This document shows positions 19,509-56,077 of a stretch of 64,000 nt of DNA, piece by piece. The stretch spans positions 2,899,979 through 2,963,978 of the forward strand of contig CAVNZM010000007.1 of assembly GCA_963693365.1 (NCBI GenBank), written 5' to 3'. How positions within the stretch are numbered: the stretch's first letter is position 1; each line of letters begins with the position of its first letter. This stretch comes from Amoebidium appalachense. Its lineage: Eukaryota; Protista; Ichthyosporea. The position numbers were made by a program, and so were the translations under genes. The notes under the pieces were generated by a model. It was not told the DNA's origin. It saw only the letters and a program-made list of their open reading frames with translations, and searched no databases.

Positions 19509-22500
19509 ATGCGGAACAGGGTGCAAAGTGCGACACGATGAGGGATGTGGTGCAGGAAACATGCAAAACATTTTCGAGTATGTAACATCAGAAACATTAT
19601 GCATGCAAGTGCATGATTCTATACAAACATAGGCTACGACAACCGGCCATTTTTGTATGTTTGTTTGTGCGAGCGCATGCTCACGTGTGTGTGGATATGT
19701 GTGTACGGAGTAGGGGCGGAAGTTTGCGTACATTCATAAAATTTTCCATTCAGATACGTGTTAATGTTCCTACATGGATCAAGCAGCTACATGCCGGGTG
19801 TTTGCACGACCAAAAATAACCCAACCGTAAACTTGCAATACATCTTGTCCTCAAAAAAGGGTGAATGAACACGATGCACAGTACACCCATCCAGGCACAG
19901 GGACCAAAGTTTCGATTGCATACTTTAAAAAACAGAACATGTAATAATGCTTCCCCTCTCATGATCATAAAATCAACCAACACCATCACAAATGCACACG
20001 CCCGTAGCCCCCCCCCCCCCCCCCCCCCCCCCCACAAAAAGGGAAAAAAGGTATCCGTATCACAATCATACATACACATCAACACCCCCCCACGCACACA
20101 AACATCCATGCAAAATAATATTATATAACCGTCCCTACAAAAGCACTGATCACAGTTCGAAGTGGGCATCAAGAAGAAAAGCTGAAATGAGCACAAGGGA
20201 AAACAGGTGTGTCGTAGATGTCAACGAAAGAGAGAGCAATGGAGAGGGACGGAGAAGAGGGGGAAGGGGAGCAGAAGAGAGAGAGGGTGTACGTGTGTGT
20301 GTGTTTGGGGGGGGGGGGGGGAGGTGGGGGGAATGGGACCAGTAGGTACATGTCACGATAGATGTAATCCATGTACATGTACACCAGAGAACATCATGAT
20401 AGTAGGATGAACGGGTAGGGATAACAATGTGACGTAGAGGTGGTCACTTAGGCCAGTTGTTATAAATATGATGTGTTGAAATTGTGCCATCAACATCATA
20501 TCTATAACAATTGGCCTGAGCATGTGGTACACACAACAGCAGACTGCACACACACGAGGGTCCACACAGCAAAGAACGATAAACAGGTACAAACGACATC
20601 CACCAAACAGTGTACGTCTGAAAATAAGTGGGAGCAGGGGTGTTTCTAGCCTAACTCTGATACGACTACAACTGCACACACGTGCACGCAAACAAAGGCG
20701 TGCACCCCAAGCACAAAGAAGCATAAAGGTGCGAGCACGTAGTGTATAATCAACACGACCCTTTCTCAGTGCAGAAACAACAACCCAATCCCAGTTTTTA
20801 GAAAAGCTACCCCACCAAGCACGCAACCGCACATTCCGTTCCACACATTGTAACACCACTACCAACCGCCCCATACTTCAATGTGCAAATATACAGCTTT
20901 TCCCTATTGCCACCCCGACCTTTCATTGCCTTCTGTCATAAATATCACACGAGCATACCTCCCCCCCCCCCCCCCCCCGCGCGTGTGCATGGAATAAAAA
21001 GTTATGTGCGGTTCCCCCTTTCTGGAGCCTGAAACCGTATGGTAGAAAGCCCTAAAACTCCAAAGACACACAGTAACCCCGCAAAACGAATACAAAAGCG
21101 CTAAAAGTGAGTGCGGTGGGTCGTATGATAGTGCCACAACAGTAGTAACAGGAACCCAGGTAGTACAACATGCATACAAAGCTTGCATGTGAAAAATGCA
21201 TGGAGTGTATGCATGTGAGCGTGTTTATGTGTGTTACGTGTGTGTGCATGCGGAGAGCACAGAAGTAGGTTGCATACCAACCCCAACATACATACATATT
21301 GTATGCACGCACGCACGCAACAGCACACAAACGCAGGGAAACACCTACACTTTGATGACGCGGGAGCCATCCAGCTTGAAGCGAAGGCGCTTGCCCACAA
21401 TCTCGGTGGGGTAGCACACATCCTCAAGGATGGCATCGTGCACGGCAGTGAGAGTGCGGGAGCGGGGCCGGGGCTGCTTGGCACGGGTGTGGCGCGTCTC
21501 CTTGCGCAGAATGCGGCGCTAAAAAAGAAAAAAAGAAGGTTAGGTTGGGTAACAATAAAGGAGTGGTGTGTGAGTATTGCAAAAGAGCTGTGCGTGTGTT
21601 TTGCTTGTTTGACGGGGACAACACGCGTATGTAATGTGATGTGAAAGTGCTGGAGAGGAAACGTGGACGTGTATGTTCTGCTTGCACACAGGCCGATGAA
21701 TGCAGGTTGTGGGAAAGTGAAATGAGGGTCGTGGGGCAAGGGTTTCGTCGCACAATTCACACCCCCACCGCTCACCTGCTCCTATGCAATACTCTCAGCT
21801 CAAACGTTAAAGGATTTATGTACTAGTAACTCGGCACATGATGTACACGAATATGGACGATTGTTGCATCATCTTCCCCTCCAATTCTCTAACCAGCAAT
21901 GAATCCGTGCACAGCTCCCTCTACCGTTTCCACACGCCTACATCAGACCCCCTCCCTCCACCTTCTCTCTCTTCCCCCCCCCTCCTTCCCCCTCCCCCCC
22001 GTCATGTGATTCAACCACACACACAAACACACCGTCATTCTCTCTTCATCCCTCCCGCCCCACCACCATACACCCCCGCCTGGCAGTTTGCGCAAAAGCC
22101 GCACCTGGGCAATGAAGACGACGTGCTTGCCGCTGAACTTCTTCTCCAACTCGCGGACCAGGCGGGCCTGGATCTTCTGGAACTGGCGGAGGAGGGGCAC
22201 GGGCACAAACACAACAATGGCCTTGCGCCCGCCGCCAACATCCACCTCCCGGGCAGAGCTGATGTACAGGGGCGCAAGGTCGGCCTTCAGCTCGGCAGCA
22301 TTGTTCTCGAGGTCCACGAGCGCCTGTGTGGAAAAACAAAACGGCATCAACATCTCCCCATCGGTCAATAAACACATTACCAAGAACACGGGCTGAGCGG
22401 TCCATGGCGTAGCAGTCAGAACCACCCGAACGGTGCTAGTGTACTGAACAAGACAAGATGCCTTTCTGGCATGGGTGGATGTATGATGTTTCACACACCG

Positions 22501-23015
22501 GTGCACTCCCAAAAAGCGTAAGCACACTAGGTTTCAGCGTACTTGGGAAAGGGAGACCTGCACGCTCAAACTACACACCCGTACATTGCTTGGTAAATTC
22601 ATAGGCAAACAAGATCAAAGCTCAGAGCGCAAGATGATGTGTACTATGTTCTGGAAGCTGTAAACTAAGTTCTACCTATGAAAGCCTGTCCCTTCAAGCC
22701 CTTTTAGAAACGGCTTGTGGATACCCTAATGCAAGTAGCCGGTTTGTAAAAAATAGATCGAAAAGGTGGTATCTGCCCCTGAATGCTCTACAAAACGATA
22801 ATATCTTTGCGTCGTGTGTTCAAATTGTAGAAAGCTGGCCAGTTAAATTGTCAAAAGTAGACTGACTGACTCTATCGGCAAGACAAACGAAATGAAATGC
22901 CCTGAGCCTCCTCACGGTAACCTGTACCTGTTCAAGAAGCTCTTACCTGAGCGATGGACTGCTCAAACTCGTCGGGAGTCTGCCCATTGGGCTTGATAAT
23001 CTTAGTGCTCGCCAT
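19033..23015 (-). CDS. RPS7: 40S ribosomal protein S7 (eS7), 4 coding exons
   Basis: Exons 23015-22947, 22323-22105, 21518-21349 and 19147-19033. Diagnostic segments [40 protein letters not shown] and [14 protein letters not shown]. Confidence 0.98.
19334..19610 (-). mobile_element. Truncated subfamily B copy (19334-19471) and a more diverged B-like copy (19507-19610) in the last RPS7 intron
   Basis: Each begins gaatgcggaaca directly after a G-run. The first matches ~17912-18050. Confidence 0.75.
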
Positions 23016-23900
23016 TATGCCGGCTCCAAGCTGCAGGGAAAAGTGCAGGAAGGCCAAAGTCAGACCTCTACCAAATATTCAATCCTCTACAAAGACGCTG
23101 AACTGATAGTTGCATTTCACTACTTGTACAACCCAGAAACTATACTGTTCACCAAAAGAATCCCTCGGTCAGCCAAAAATCCTCGCAAAAAAGCTTTCTC
23201 GAAGTGTGTGGACATATGCTGCTGTTCACAAGAACAATCACGTCGGTCATCCGAAAAAAAATCCCTGCCAAATTGACCTCCCGATGTCCCATGTGACCCT
23301 GTGCCCCGGCCAACGTGTGGGTGCTGATGTGTCTAAAATCCAACTGCTTCTCTTTCCCAAGCGCACCCGGGATTTATGGTACGACGAAACTCTCGGTCCA
23401 TGCTCTCGTTCCATCCCTCCACCAAAAATAATCTTCAAGGATGTGGCCAATAAGCAGCCTATTATGTTCCTTGAATCGTGCTCTTATAGATCCCACGTTC
23501 GGTCCCAGCAATGGCTAATTCACCTGCAGCCTGAAACCCGGCTGCATTATAGAGCTTGTGCAGGTTGCACCTCCCAGCTCACGACCATCGTGGATACTGC
23601 TGGTCTCTCCTAGTCGACTATACAACTACCATACCGTCGTTCATAACAGGTTTAGGCCGCTCAGATCAATGTCATCGCAGGAATTGGGACATGTCATGTT
23701 TTACTGAGTCCAATCACCCGTCGCTGTCGAGCTCATCTGCCCTTCCCTACGTATATCACTATCCTGCCCAGACCTCCCACCACTATTTCCAACGTCAAAA
23801 TTACATCCAGCATATTCGGATACCGTCGGATGGACGTCCTCCCCTCTGTTTTCCCCTGTGGATTTCGTTTTTTCCCTGCGGATAGAAAACGGATACGCAC

Positions 23901-23938
23901 CTAATCGGCCCAAGCTCGGGTGAAAGGACTGGGAGAAG
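23901..23938 (-). promoter_or_regulatory. Probable non-coding first exon of RPS7 with a pyrimidine-rich (TOP-like) start; 5'UTR intron 23900-23031
   Basis: Minus strand reads CTTCTCCCAGTCCTTTCACCC...ATTAG|GTGCGT. Acceptor TTTTCCCTGCAG| lies 15 nt before the ATG. Confidence 0.55.
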
Positions 23939-24457
23939 TGCGAACGTGCGGCCTTTGGCCCCTGTGCCGATCGGCACACATGGGGGCCGGGCACACAGGC
24001 ATTTATAATTCCAGGGGATTGGCCAATTAGCTAAGTGCAGTCATTACAAACATCCAATCAGTGTGCGATTCATAATGAGAACTGCTTCCGTAATGTACAC
24101 CTTTCGGCAGTTTTCCAAAGTTTTTCGTTTTGCGTTTCTTCTGCAAAAGCGTTGAGGTTTTTCGCCATCGTAGAATTCATGAACCCGCTTTTCGTGGACG
24201 AGAAGAAAGTACTCACTTGTAGAATAAAAGGGTAAATTTTGTGTGCTACGAAACCTTAGACGGCAGCAACACGTCAAGAAGGCAGCCCCTTTACTCGTAG
24301 CACTCCGAGATTTCACTAAAGAAAGCCGCTGAACCACCAAGGCAAACCAACACTAACGGAACTTGCGTATGATGTAAAGCGCAGCTTGTGAGTGCCTCTC
24401 CGTTTCAATAAGTTCCAATTGTCTTTGATTTGGGAAGCTCTTTCTACGTTTGTAAGA

Positions 24458-24943
24458 ATGCTGTCTGCTCTTAGCTCACCTTTCTGGGCGGAGGCCGAAT
24501 TTACCATCAGCGAGGATGTACACGCGCCAAAGGAGAAAGTGTACGCGTTCTGGGCTGATCCCCTGAACATTAAAGTCGCCCACCCATTTGTACAGAATGT
24601 TGAGGTGCTCAAAAAGGATGAAAGTTCTGTGCAATTCAGAGTCACAGATCACATTCCCATGATTTTTGGCCTCACATCGATGACGACCGTTGTTGAAGGC
24701 ACATTCGTGTTTGATCCCTCCTGCAACGAGCTAAATTCAACAGCAAAAACCACAGGAGTGTCCATTGTGAGCAAGTATACGTTTGCATACGTCGACCAGG
24801 AGGAAAGAACTGCACGAGTAACGGAACATTTCAAGGCCACTTGCCCATGGCCACTCAGATGGAAGGTGTATGCGGATGCGCGTCGATCACACTTGGAGGT
24901 CATGCAGAAGTTCAAGCAAGCGCTTGAAGCACCAGCAAACTAG
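24458..24943 (+). CDS. Intronless SRPBCC/START-fold (polyketide cyclase-like) protein
   Basis: Non-repetitive ORF with the N-terminal signature ISEDVHAPKEKVYAFWADPLN, a beta-rich middle and a C-terminal helix ending KFKQALE. Confidence 0.8.
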   Translation: MLSALSSPFWAEAEFTISEDVHAPKEKVYAFWADPLNIKVAHPFVQNVEVLKKDESSVQFRVTDHIPMIFGLTSMTTVVEGTFVFDPSCNELNSTAKTTGVSIVSKYTFAYVDQEERTARVTEHFKATCPWPLRWKVYADARRSHLEVMQKFKQALEAPAN

Positions 24944-25282
24944 AAGCTTCTCTCAACTCTCCTTCAGCGTTTCTTTTTTTTTTGGCGCGCGGCGGGGGGG
25001 GGGGGAGGGGGGGAGGGGGGGGAGGCCAGGCTGTGTTATGATCGTGTTTCCATATACAGCCAAAGTTTCCCTCTCGCACATCCCACTTCCCGCTACACCT
25101 TCTCCTACCCACCCATTCATTATGCCATCACCCACTCACGTTAGAAGATAGACCAGGTGCAGTAGGATCTACTTGTGCTGATATGCAGCTTTGTTTGACC
25201 TATGCCTCATTATTGTCCTCGTGTGCGGACATGTGTAGGTAGTTGGCCATGGCAGGGTTACCTTGTGTGCTTGCGTGTGTAG

Positions 25283-25316
<34 letters not shown>

Positions 25317-25344
25317 CTGGATAGTTTTTTTTTTTTTCTTTGCT

Positions 25345-25394
<50 letters not shown>

Positions 25395-25502
25395 GTCAGA
25401 AGGTGGCTTCGTTTGGAGTTGAGGAGAGCGGGGAGATATGTTGAGGAGGAGGAATTTATTCAGGAAAGAATGTCGGGGGTGTTGGGAAACGGGGTGACGG
25501 GG

Positions 25503-25534
<32 letters not shown>

Positions 25535-26409
25535 GCTGGCTTGGAGAAGAAGAGGGGGGGGGGGGGGGGGGGTAAAATTGAAGGTTAAACTTTGGTGCCC
25601 GTCTACAAGCAGCGATGCTCATGGGCCGAAAGAAATAAAAATACGGGAAAACTAAGAAACCTGTACATATTTACCCAAGTCTTTTTGCCGAGCCATAACG
25701 GCTTAGCCTTTCTGCCGCAAAGGATCTACAAGTTCCCCTCCGATCCCACTCTGGCTTTGTTTTTCATTTATTTACGTTTTTGTTTATTCCCTTTTTTAGG
25801 GGGGGGGGGGGGGGGGGGGGAGGTAACCCTCGTGAACGCAGCCGTCAACACATGTCGCATCCCGTTCTTCCTTTTGTGTCTTGTACAATTTTTCCTTCTT
25901 ATTTTTTTTCACAGAACCAATAGCCATGTAAATGGGCAGAATTATATAGGACTGCTGTCGCGACACTGTATGGTCATGTACTACTTCATGGTTACCGCCA
26001 GTATGTTTGAATTGTGGAGAATAACTTCCCGGGAACATTCGTTCTCTTTTACTAGTGAAATATGCTTTTTGCAATATGGAGGATTGTCCTCACACATTGC
26101 CGCCCCCCCCTCCCCCCCCTCCCCCCCCCCCCCCCCCGGCCCCCCCGGAGCCTACTTTTATATACACTAGTAGTGTTCACCCGCCACCCACCAACACATG
26201 TACAAACGCACATTCCATCATCCCCTCAAACCACACGCCCACACTACCTTGTGTGTACTCACACCTACCGTGAGGCGCATATCCGCACCGCACGTGCACC
26301 CCAAATTTAACATCTGTAAGGGCCTCGAAAACGCAGGCATATGGTGAGCAATAGGATTTGATGTCGAGTTGCGGAAGGATTCCACAGGTCTCATGATCAA
26401 TTAATCCAT

Positions 26410-26482
<73 letters not shown>

Positions 26483-26537
26483 TGTGTAATACTATGGCGT
26501 GTGTTTCAACTTATGTTATTTACTAAAGTTCATTTAT

Positions 26538-26596
<59 letters not shown>

Positions 26597-27536
26597 AAAA
26601 AATCAATCTTCATGTATACCATAACAACTGGTTGCATGTATGCCACGGTTTTGCAATTGTTGGCTCGAACGAGCCATGATCAATGTCTACGTACATCTGA
26701 GAGGGCCCAGTGCATCCATGCATCTGAATAAGACATTGGCCCTTTCAATTGGCTCGAACCTTCTATTTGCATTGGTTCAAAGTCGGCCAGGGATGCATAT
26801 CATCAGCCCCGGCCTTCATAGTACAGTATCCGATTCCCCCCTCCGGTTGGGAAGGGGGAGTATGGGGAGGGGGGAGGGTGGGGGGAAGGGGGTGCCACAC
26901 CCCAAAGAGAACAAAATGAGTATGAATGAAGGGGGGAGGCGGGAGGGGGGGGGGGGGGGGGGGGGGGATAATAAGCAGTGGATGGAGTTCGTGTATGTGC
27001 GTCCGAGTACCGGTTACCGTACGAGAGCCTCACAGGAGGGTTGCTACGAAAAAAGATAACATCACTAGTAAATGCCGTAAACCTCATTATTTTATTGGTT
27101 TTCAACTGATTCCTCAATTGCTACAGGCTCCTCTATGAAAACTAATTTCTTAGGGAGCTACTTAAAAAGCACATGTATATCGTTCAGTACGGTATCTCGC
27201 TAACTCCGACCTGCATACGTGATCACCTGAAAGGGGCGCAATGTTTGGACCACTTACACTCCATATATGCATATATGCTCCCCAGGGCTGCCCCCCTCCC
27301 CCCCCCCCCCCCCCCCCCCCCCCGGCTTCTGACGCCAACAATAAGCCACATAAAGGTAACCCAACTTGCGATTAGCCCCACATACTGATATTCTGCCTTT
27401 GCAACACCTCACTGAGTCAATGATCAACTTAGGAACGATTTTATAAATATATTCTTTTTTGGAGCTCGGGTCATGAGCAAAAACACACGGGAGACACAAC
27501 CACTTCCGGAATTAATTTTGTCCCTCTACACCGGTG

Positions 27537-33496
<5,960 letters not shown>

Positions 33497-34661
33497 TAGG
33501 GTGAATGGTTTAGAAAGCTGCCAAATAGGCTATAACTGGGGGGTTTACACACTTTTTATTGCGTGGACATTGCCGGAGGCCCAGCCACATTCGACGGCCT
33601 ACTGCGTTTTCCAGCACAGCCAATCAGATGCAGCCAGTGACATATGTACATGCTAGGCAACAATGAGCGCCATCGTAGTATCTGGTGTACACCCCTATTA
33701 CATATTATGGGTAAGCAGATGCTAGCATCGGTAGCTCCGAAAGAAAGTTAAGGCACCGGATCACAATATCATACTGTGCAGCATTAATAAGGTGATCTAG
33801 GATAGTCATCTTAAAACGGATATATTGAGGAAGAGAGGAAGAAAAGAGAATAAAACCGCCAATAACCTCCGGTTCTAATACATTAGCTAACAGGTTGCAT
33901 TTATTGATAGATATGCAGCCGCGAGTAAACCGCCCCCCACACATATTACACATACGAGCAGGAGACACCAGAAACCGATTACACCGCCAAGCCATAATCA
34001 TCTTTGCGTTTTTACACCACACCACATTACGGATAAACGAATCTATGTATGAACGAGACTCTCTAACCGTATCCGCCATATAGGCTACTAGTAGTTGGTG
34101 TTTTTGCGGTCCTAACACCGGAAGGGACTCGCTATAACTGTATTGTGATGCGTTGTATGCCAATCACAAAGGGAATGTCAATAGTCCAATCAAAACGTGG
34201 TTCGTACCGAACTGTGTACCAATTTCAAGCAATTTTTTCAAAGCACCGCCTGTGGCCCTTGGTGCTTAAAACCATTTGGGGCTTTATTCCCGTGAACCTA
34301 TGAAAGAGCAACCCGCCCTTGCAGCATACCACAAATTTGTTTCTTATATACCCCATTACGTGTAGGAAAAAACTACGTATCTTGGCTGGTTTTCGCCCAC
34401 CAACAGGCGGTATGTATGAGCTGAAATAAATTTTTGTTGGCCCTCCAAGTTTAGCCATATTGGGTACGTAACGGTTTTATGAGTTTTCCATTGGTTGTTC
34501 TTTGAGTATCTTATGATTGGATACAGGGATTGGAATGTTGTTTGAAAAGTTGCGAACAATGCATGCATGTTCCCGTTGGCCAGCACAGTGTACTCTGTAC
34601 AGCCTTGAAACGTTGATCTCTCATCTATAATTCTTCCTAATTCTCAGGCACACTTGCGAAA

Positions 34662-43155
<8,494 letters not shown>

Positions 43156-43183
43156 TAATAGCCAACCCTCCGCCCCCCTCCCC

Positions 43184-43223
<40 letters not shown>

Positions 43224-43454
43224 GCGCTCGGACTATCTTGTGCTCGTATGCCTCTGCCCCTTGTACCCTACTATGATACCCTCTTCCTGGGATATTCTTT
43301 TGAATCGTGTTCGCGGTCTCGTCTTGTATGTATGTGCATTTTTCGTGCTGGCTTGGCAATGTTTTCTACACTTTTATGAAACTCTTGGCTCCGCTTTCGA
43401 GAGTTTACGGGGTGGCAATCAGGCAGTAATACACAATCGAACTTTCTTAGATAC

Positions 43455-43494
<40 letters not shown>

Positions 43495-43515
43495 TTCACC
43501 CTCCTTTTCGCCCGT

Positions 43516-43605
<90 letters not shown>

Positions 43606-44019
43606 ACGAAAACGAACACACGCACACACACGCACTAACACACATTAGCACCCCCTCGCCACCCACTCAACCCCCCCTCCCCAACCCTTTCAACATGCAC
43701 AGTAGAAAGATTATGCACACGCAAGCCACGACTAGGTGTCTACAAAGCAAGAACAAACTACCACTTGAACAACGTACGTGTATATGCAAAAGGCGAGTAC
43801 ATCTATGACACACCAGACAGGCCCACACATACTATAGTTTCCATGAATGGTGGCGTGTTGTTCTCGCCATAAGGGGAATACTATTACATCTAGCATCAGT
43901 GATAAATGTTCCACCACTATGTAAAAACAGCCCATATTATTTTGTATGACACTCAATCTGCAATGTTAAACCCTGTGGGTGATGATATTAAAAATCAGCA
44001 GCCTTAAGTATGTGGCCCC

Positions 44020-44052
<33 letters not shown>

Positions 44053-44201
44053 TGATTATTCTTTCGCTGTTCGGCAAATCCCTCTTACACTGCCCTGGCT
44101 TCAAGTGGCTTGCAACTGGCCAGCTATAAATACGCGTCAAATGGAAAGTTGTGTCGAGTATAAGCAACCCCAACAATCAGTTTCATGCTGCCCCGGGGCC
44201 C

Positions 44202-44244
<43 letters not shown>

Positions 44245-45412
44245 GACACACACACACACCTGACACACACACACGCCCACCCCCCTCCCTTCCTCCCTTC
44301 CTTCTGGATCCCCCCTGGAAATTCTGTCTTCCGCTAAGGAACACACATCTAATACACGTACCCTCAGACATGACGACAAGGTCCGTTGAGGCTGTACTGT
44401 CTTCGAATTCTTGGCGCATAGTCGGTCTGCTTACGCCTGTGTGCGCTCGTGTGTTTACACGTGTGTGTGTGTGTGTGTGTGTGTCTGTGTGGTGTTTGTT
44501 TTTACATCATACTGTGTGTGTGTGTCTGTGAGTGTGCATGTGTCACGCTGTGGGCGTGTGTGTGTGTGTGTGTTTTGTGTAGATATTGTACGCCTTGACA
44601 ACCATTACAACAGAATTTACTTACAATCTCATATATTATGCCGAAGTCCTGGCCTTTCGGTTGGCCCTCTGCAGGCACGATATTCCCAAGCCTAGGTGTC
44701 TTTCTTTCTTTTCTTTTGGGTGGGTGGGTGGGTGGGTGGATGGGTGGGCCTCCCCAGGGGACCGCTGGGGGGGTGGAGGGGAGGGGGGGGGGGGGGGGAG
44801 TTGACCAATCATTTAGTTTTTTTTCTTTTTTTTTTCTTTTCCTTGGCGCGGCACACTGTTTTATTTGACCATGTGACGTGTCTTAAGCTTCCATAGCTAT
44901 GAACACGTTCGAGCGTGGGAGCATGGCAGATATGTGCAAGTTTTTTGATGTTTCTGGTCTTAAATATATTACCATGATATTTAATCGACGTCATCCTGGG
45001 CTCGGAAAATACGAAAAAAAGAAAAAAAGAAAAAAAGGGTTTATGTTGGCCCGGGTTGCCACGTTTCACGGTGTTTTTGGCCACAACACGATACACACGT
45101 TCCCAACAGAAAAAGAATGGGGCGGACCCGAAGAACAATCAACCGGAAAGGCTCTAAAAGGAGATGTTTTCAAAAAAGCCTTGTCACAAAATTGAATGGA
45201 GTATGGTAGCTGGCATTTTGAAACTTAAGAGAAACTTGAATCATTTTCCCTTTTTTTGCCCCCGGCAAGACTCTTCAACGACTGTCTTTGGAAGGGGAGG
45301 ATTGTTTTTTTTTTTTAAGCCGCTCACGCTCCAAGCCTGAGCTTCAAGAAAACGTAATCATAACCCCCCCCCCCCCCCCCTCCCCCCCCCCCCTCCCCCC
45401 CCTCCCCCCCCC

Positions 45413-45448
<36 letters not shown>

Positions 45449-45953
45449 TCCCCGGCCCCGAACCCCTTACCACCACTACCACCATCGTTCGTTGTTTGGT
45501 GTGTGCACGTGTGTGGGTATGTAGGCTTTTTTTTTGTCACAAACAGACTTGAGTTTCACGATAAACACGCGGACTAAGCACCTGCTGGGTCGGGAAAAGC
45601 TTTCTTTTGTCTAAATAATATGAACTGACGAACGAAACAATTCGAAAAACAAAAACCCAAACTCGTCTTAACTGGATTCGACACTCTTTTACTGCCGTGT
45701 ACAAATTACCGGAATCTGCCGCCGCAAATCTTGTTGGGGACCACACATAAACTTGCAAAGGTGGGGCGGTTTAAATTTAAACCTGCCCTAAAACCGAAGG
45801 GTTAATCTTGGTTTTACTTTGCACAATCTTTTTGGCAGATAGGGGAGAAATTTTTGAGGACGAGAAAAGATGGATTGAACGGAGTGCTTACGAGTAGGAG
45901 CACGGGAAGCTTCCTCGAGGGAAGAGGGAGAGGGGGTGGGTGGGTGGGTGGGT

Positions 45954-45988
<35 letters not shown>

Positions 45989-46210
45989 ACCATGAGATCT
46001 GGGAACGTTTTATAACATTCTGCTTCAGTATGTGTTTCTAACTTCAGTGGGTTTCAATCAGTTCATCAGGAACGTAGAGTGATCTTTTGAGAATACTTGG
46101 CGCACCCCCCCCCGCCCCCCCCCTCCCCGCGACCCCCCCTCCCCCCCCCCCCGGCCTGTGTTTCAGTCACAACCGCCTCCCTCCCTCTCCTTCTCTCCTT
46201 CCCCTTTCCC

Positions 46211-46251
<41 letters not shown>

Positions 46252-46541
46252 TCTCCCGCTCTCTTCCCGCTGCTGCCGCCCACCACGAAATAAAAAAAAA
46301 CCCGACTCCAGTTTCTAAATCCCGATCATCCCCTCCTCTCCCCCTCCCCCCCCCCCTCCCCCCCCCCCCCCCCCTCTCCCCCCCCTCCCCCCCCCCCCCC
46401 CCGCGCCCCCCCTCCGGGGCCCCTCCCCCCCCCCCCTCCCCCCCCCCCCCCCCCGGGGTCCCTCCTGGCTCTCACACTTACCCTTTTCCTCCCCTCCCTC
46501 TAGGACCAAAACAAAAAGCAATTCACCCAGCAGACAGCAGC

Positions 46542-54912
<8,371 letters not shown>

Positions 54913-55499
54913 ATTTGTTTGTTGAACTTTGCTGCTTATTTAGGGTTTTCTTATTTCTATTGAACATTTGGGTATGTAATGCTCGAAGTGCTGTCTTTAT
55001 TCAGGTTATGGCCATTATGAACTTGTTGTGTCAAAGCCCGGTTTACACATCTGGCAATGAAGTATTTGCACATGCTGTATACGAAATGTTGTGTAGATGC
55101 AGCATCATGCTACTATCTTTTCTCGGAATCTTATCATAGTGTTTGTCGTTTCATTAGAGTTTATTTCTGGCACTGACACACGCGTACAATGCACACGTCC
55201 GCGGCAAATTGAGAATATATAAGCCATGACTCAGCACATTGTATTATTAAGCTATGACTTAGAGGTGAATGCCAGAAAATTGTATCTTTTCTAATCGAAG
55301 AACTTACATGGTTTTGTTGTTACAGAGTTGTCAGCTTGTCCTGGGATCCGGATAGTAGTGGTTTGTCAAAGAGTAGTAGAGGAAAAATATTTGCGGGAAC
55401 GGGAGGGAGGGGGGAGGGGGGGGGGGGGGGGGGGGGGGGGGAGGCCAGCTGTTTCCACTGTGAATGTTGCTGAGTAGGATTGAGGTAGGGAGAGAGGGG

Positions 55500-55534
<35 letters not shown>

Positions 55535-56077
55535 GAGAGAGGGGGGGGGGGCGGCTGTATACGTAGCTGTTTCAACGGAAATCACAAAGTAAGATTGGAG
55601 GGGGGAGAAATGTGTGTGTGTGTGTGTTTGGGAGGGTGGGGGGAGGGGGGGGAGGGGGGAGGGGGTGCTGCAGCTGTCTCCAGTGGGAATATCACTGAGT
55701 ATGCTCGACCATGAATGTGCAGAAAGGGTGAAAGAGAGAGGTTGAGAGAGGTTGAGAGAGGTTGCAATTGAAGGGAATTTTTTTTTCGAAAGAACAGGTT
55801 GTGTGTGTGTGTGTGTGTACATGTGTGTGTGTGGGGGTGGGGGGGGGGGGGGGGGGGGGGGGGGGGAGCGGAGGGATGTGGGATCTAGGGGGAGAGAGAG
55901 AGAGGAGCGTGTGTGTGTGTGTGTTGGGGGGGATGGGGGGGGGGAGGGGCCCGGCGCCGGGCCGGGGGGAATGGGGCCTTGGGGGGAGGGGGGAGGGGGG
56001 GGGGGGGGGGGAGGGGGGGGGGGGGGGGGGGGGGGAGGGGAGGGAAATTGAATCAACAAAATCCTGATATGGACAAG

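Noticed and set aside
23659-23720. Possible C/D snoRNA in the RPS7 5'UTR intron (GTGATTG...ATGA...GCGATGA...CTGA)
   Set aside because: Box C has two mismatches and I could not match a guide to rRNA. No U17/snR30 motifs were found in the RPS7 introns.
33705-34586. Minus-strand ORFs upstream of the GPCR
   Set aside because: They may contain its 5' exons, but no signal peptide or exon chain could be established.
43220-45760. Possible minus-strand spliced gene between FNTA and the EXD1-like gene (good splice sites near 44691-44625 and 44424-44361)
   Set aside because: The candidate exons could not be joined into a consistent, recognisable frame.
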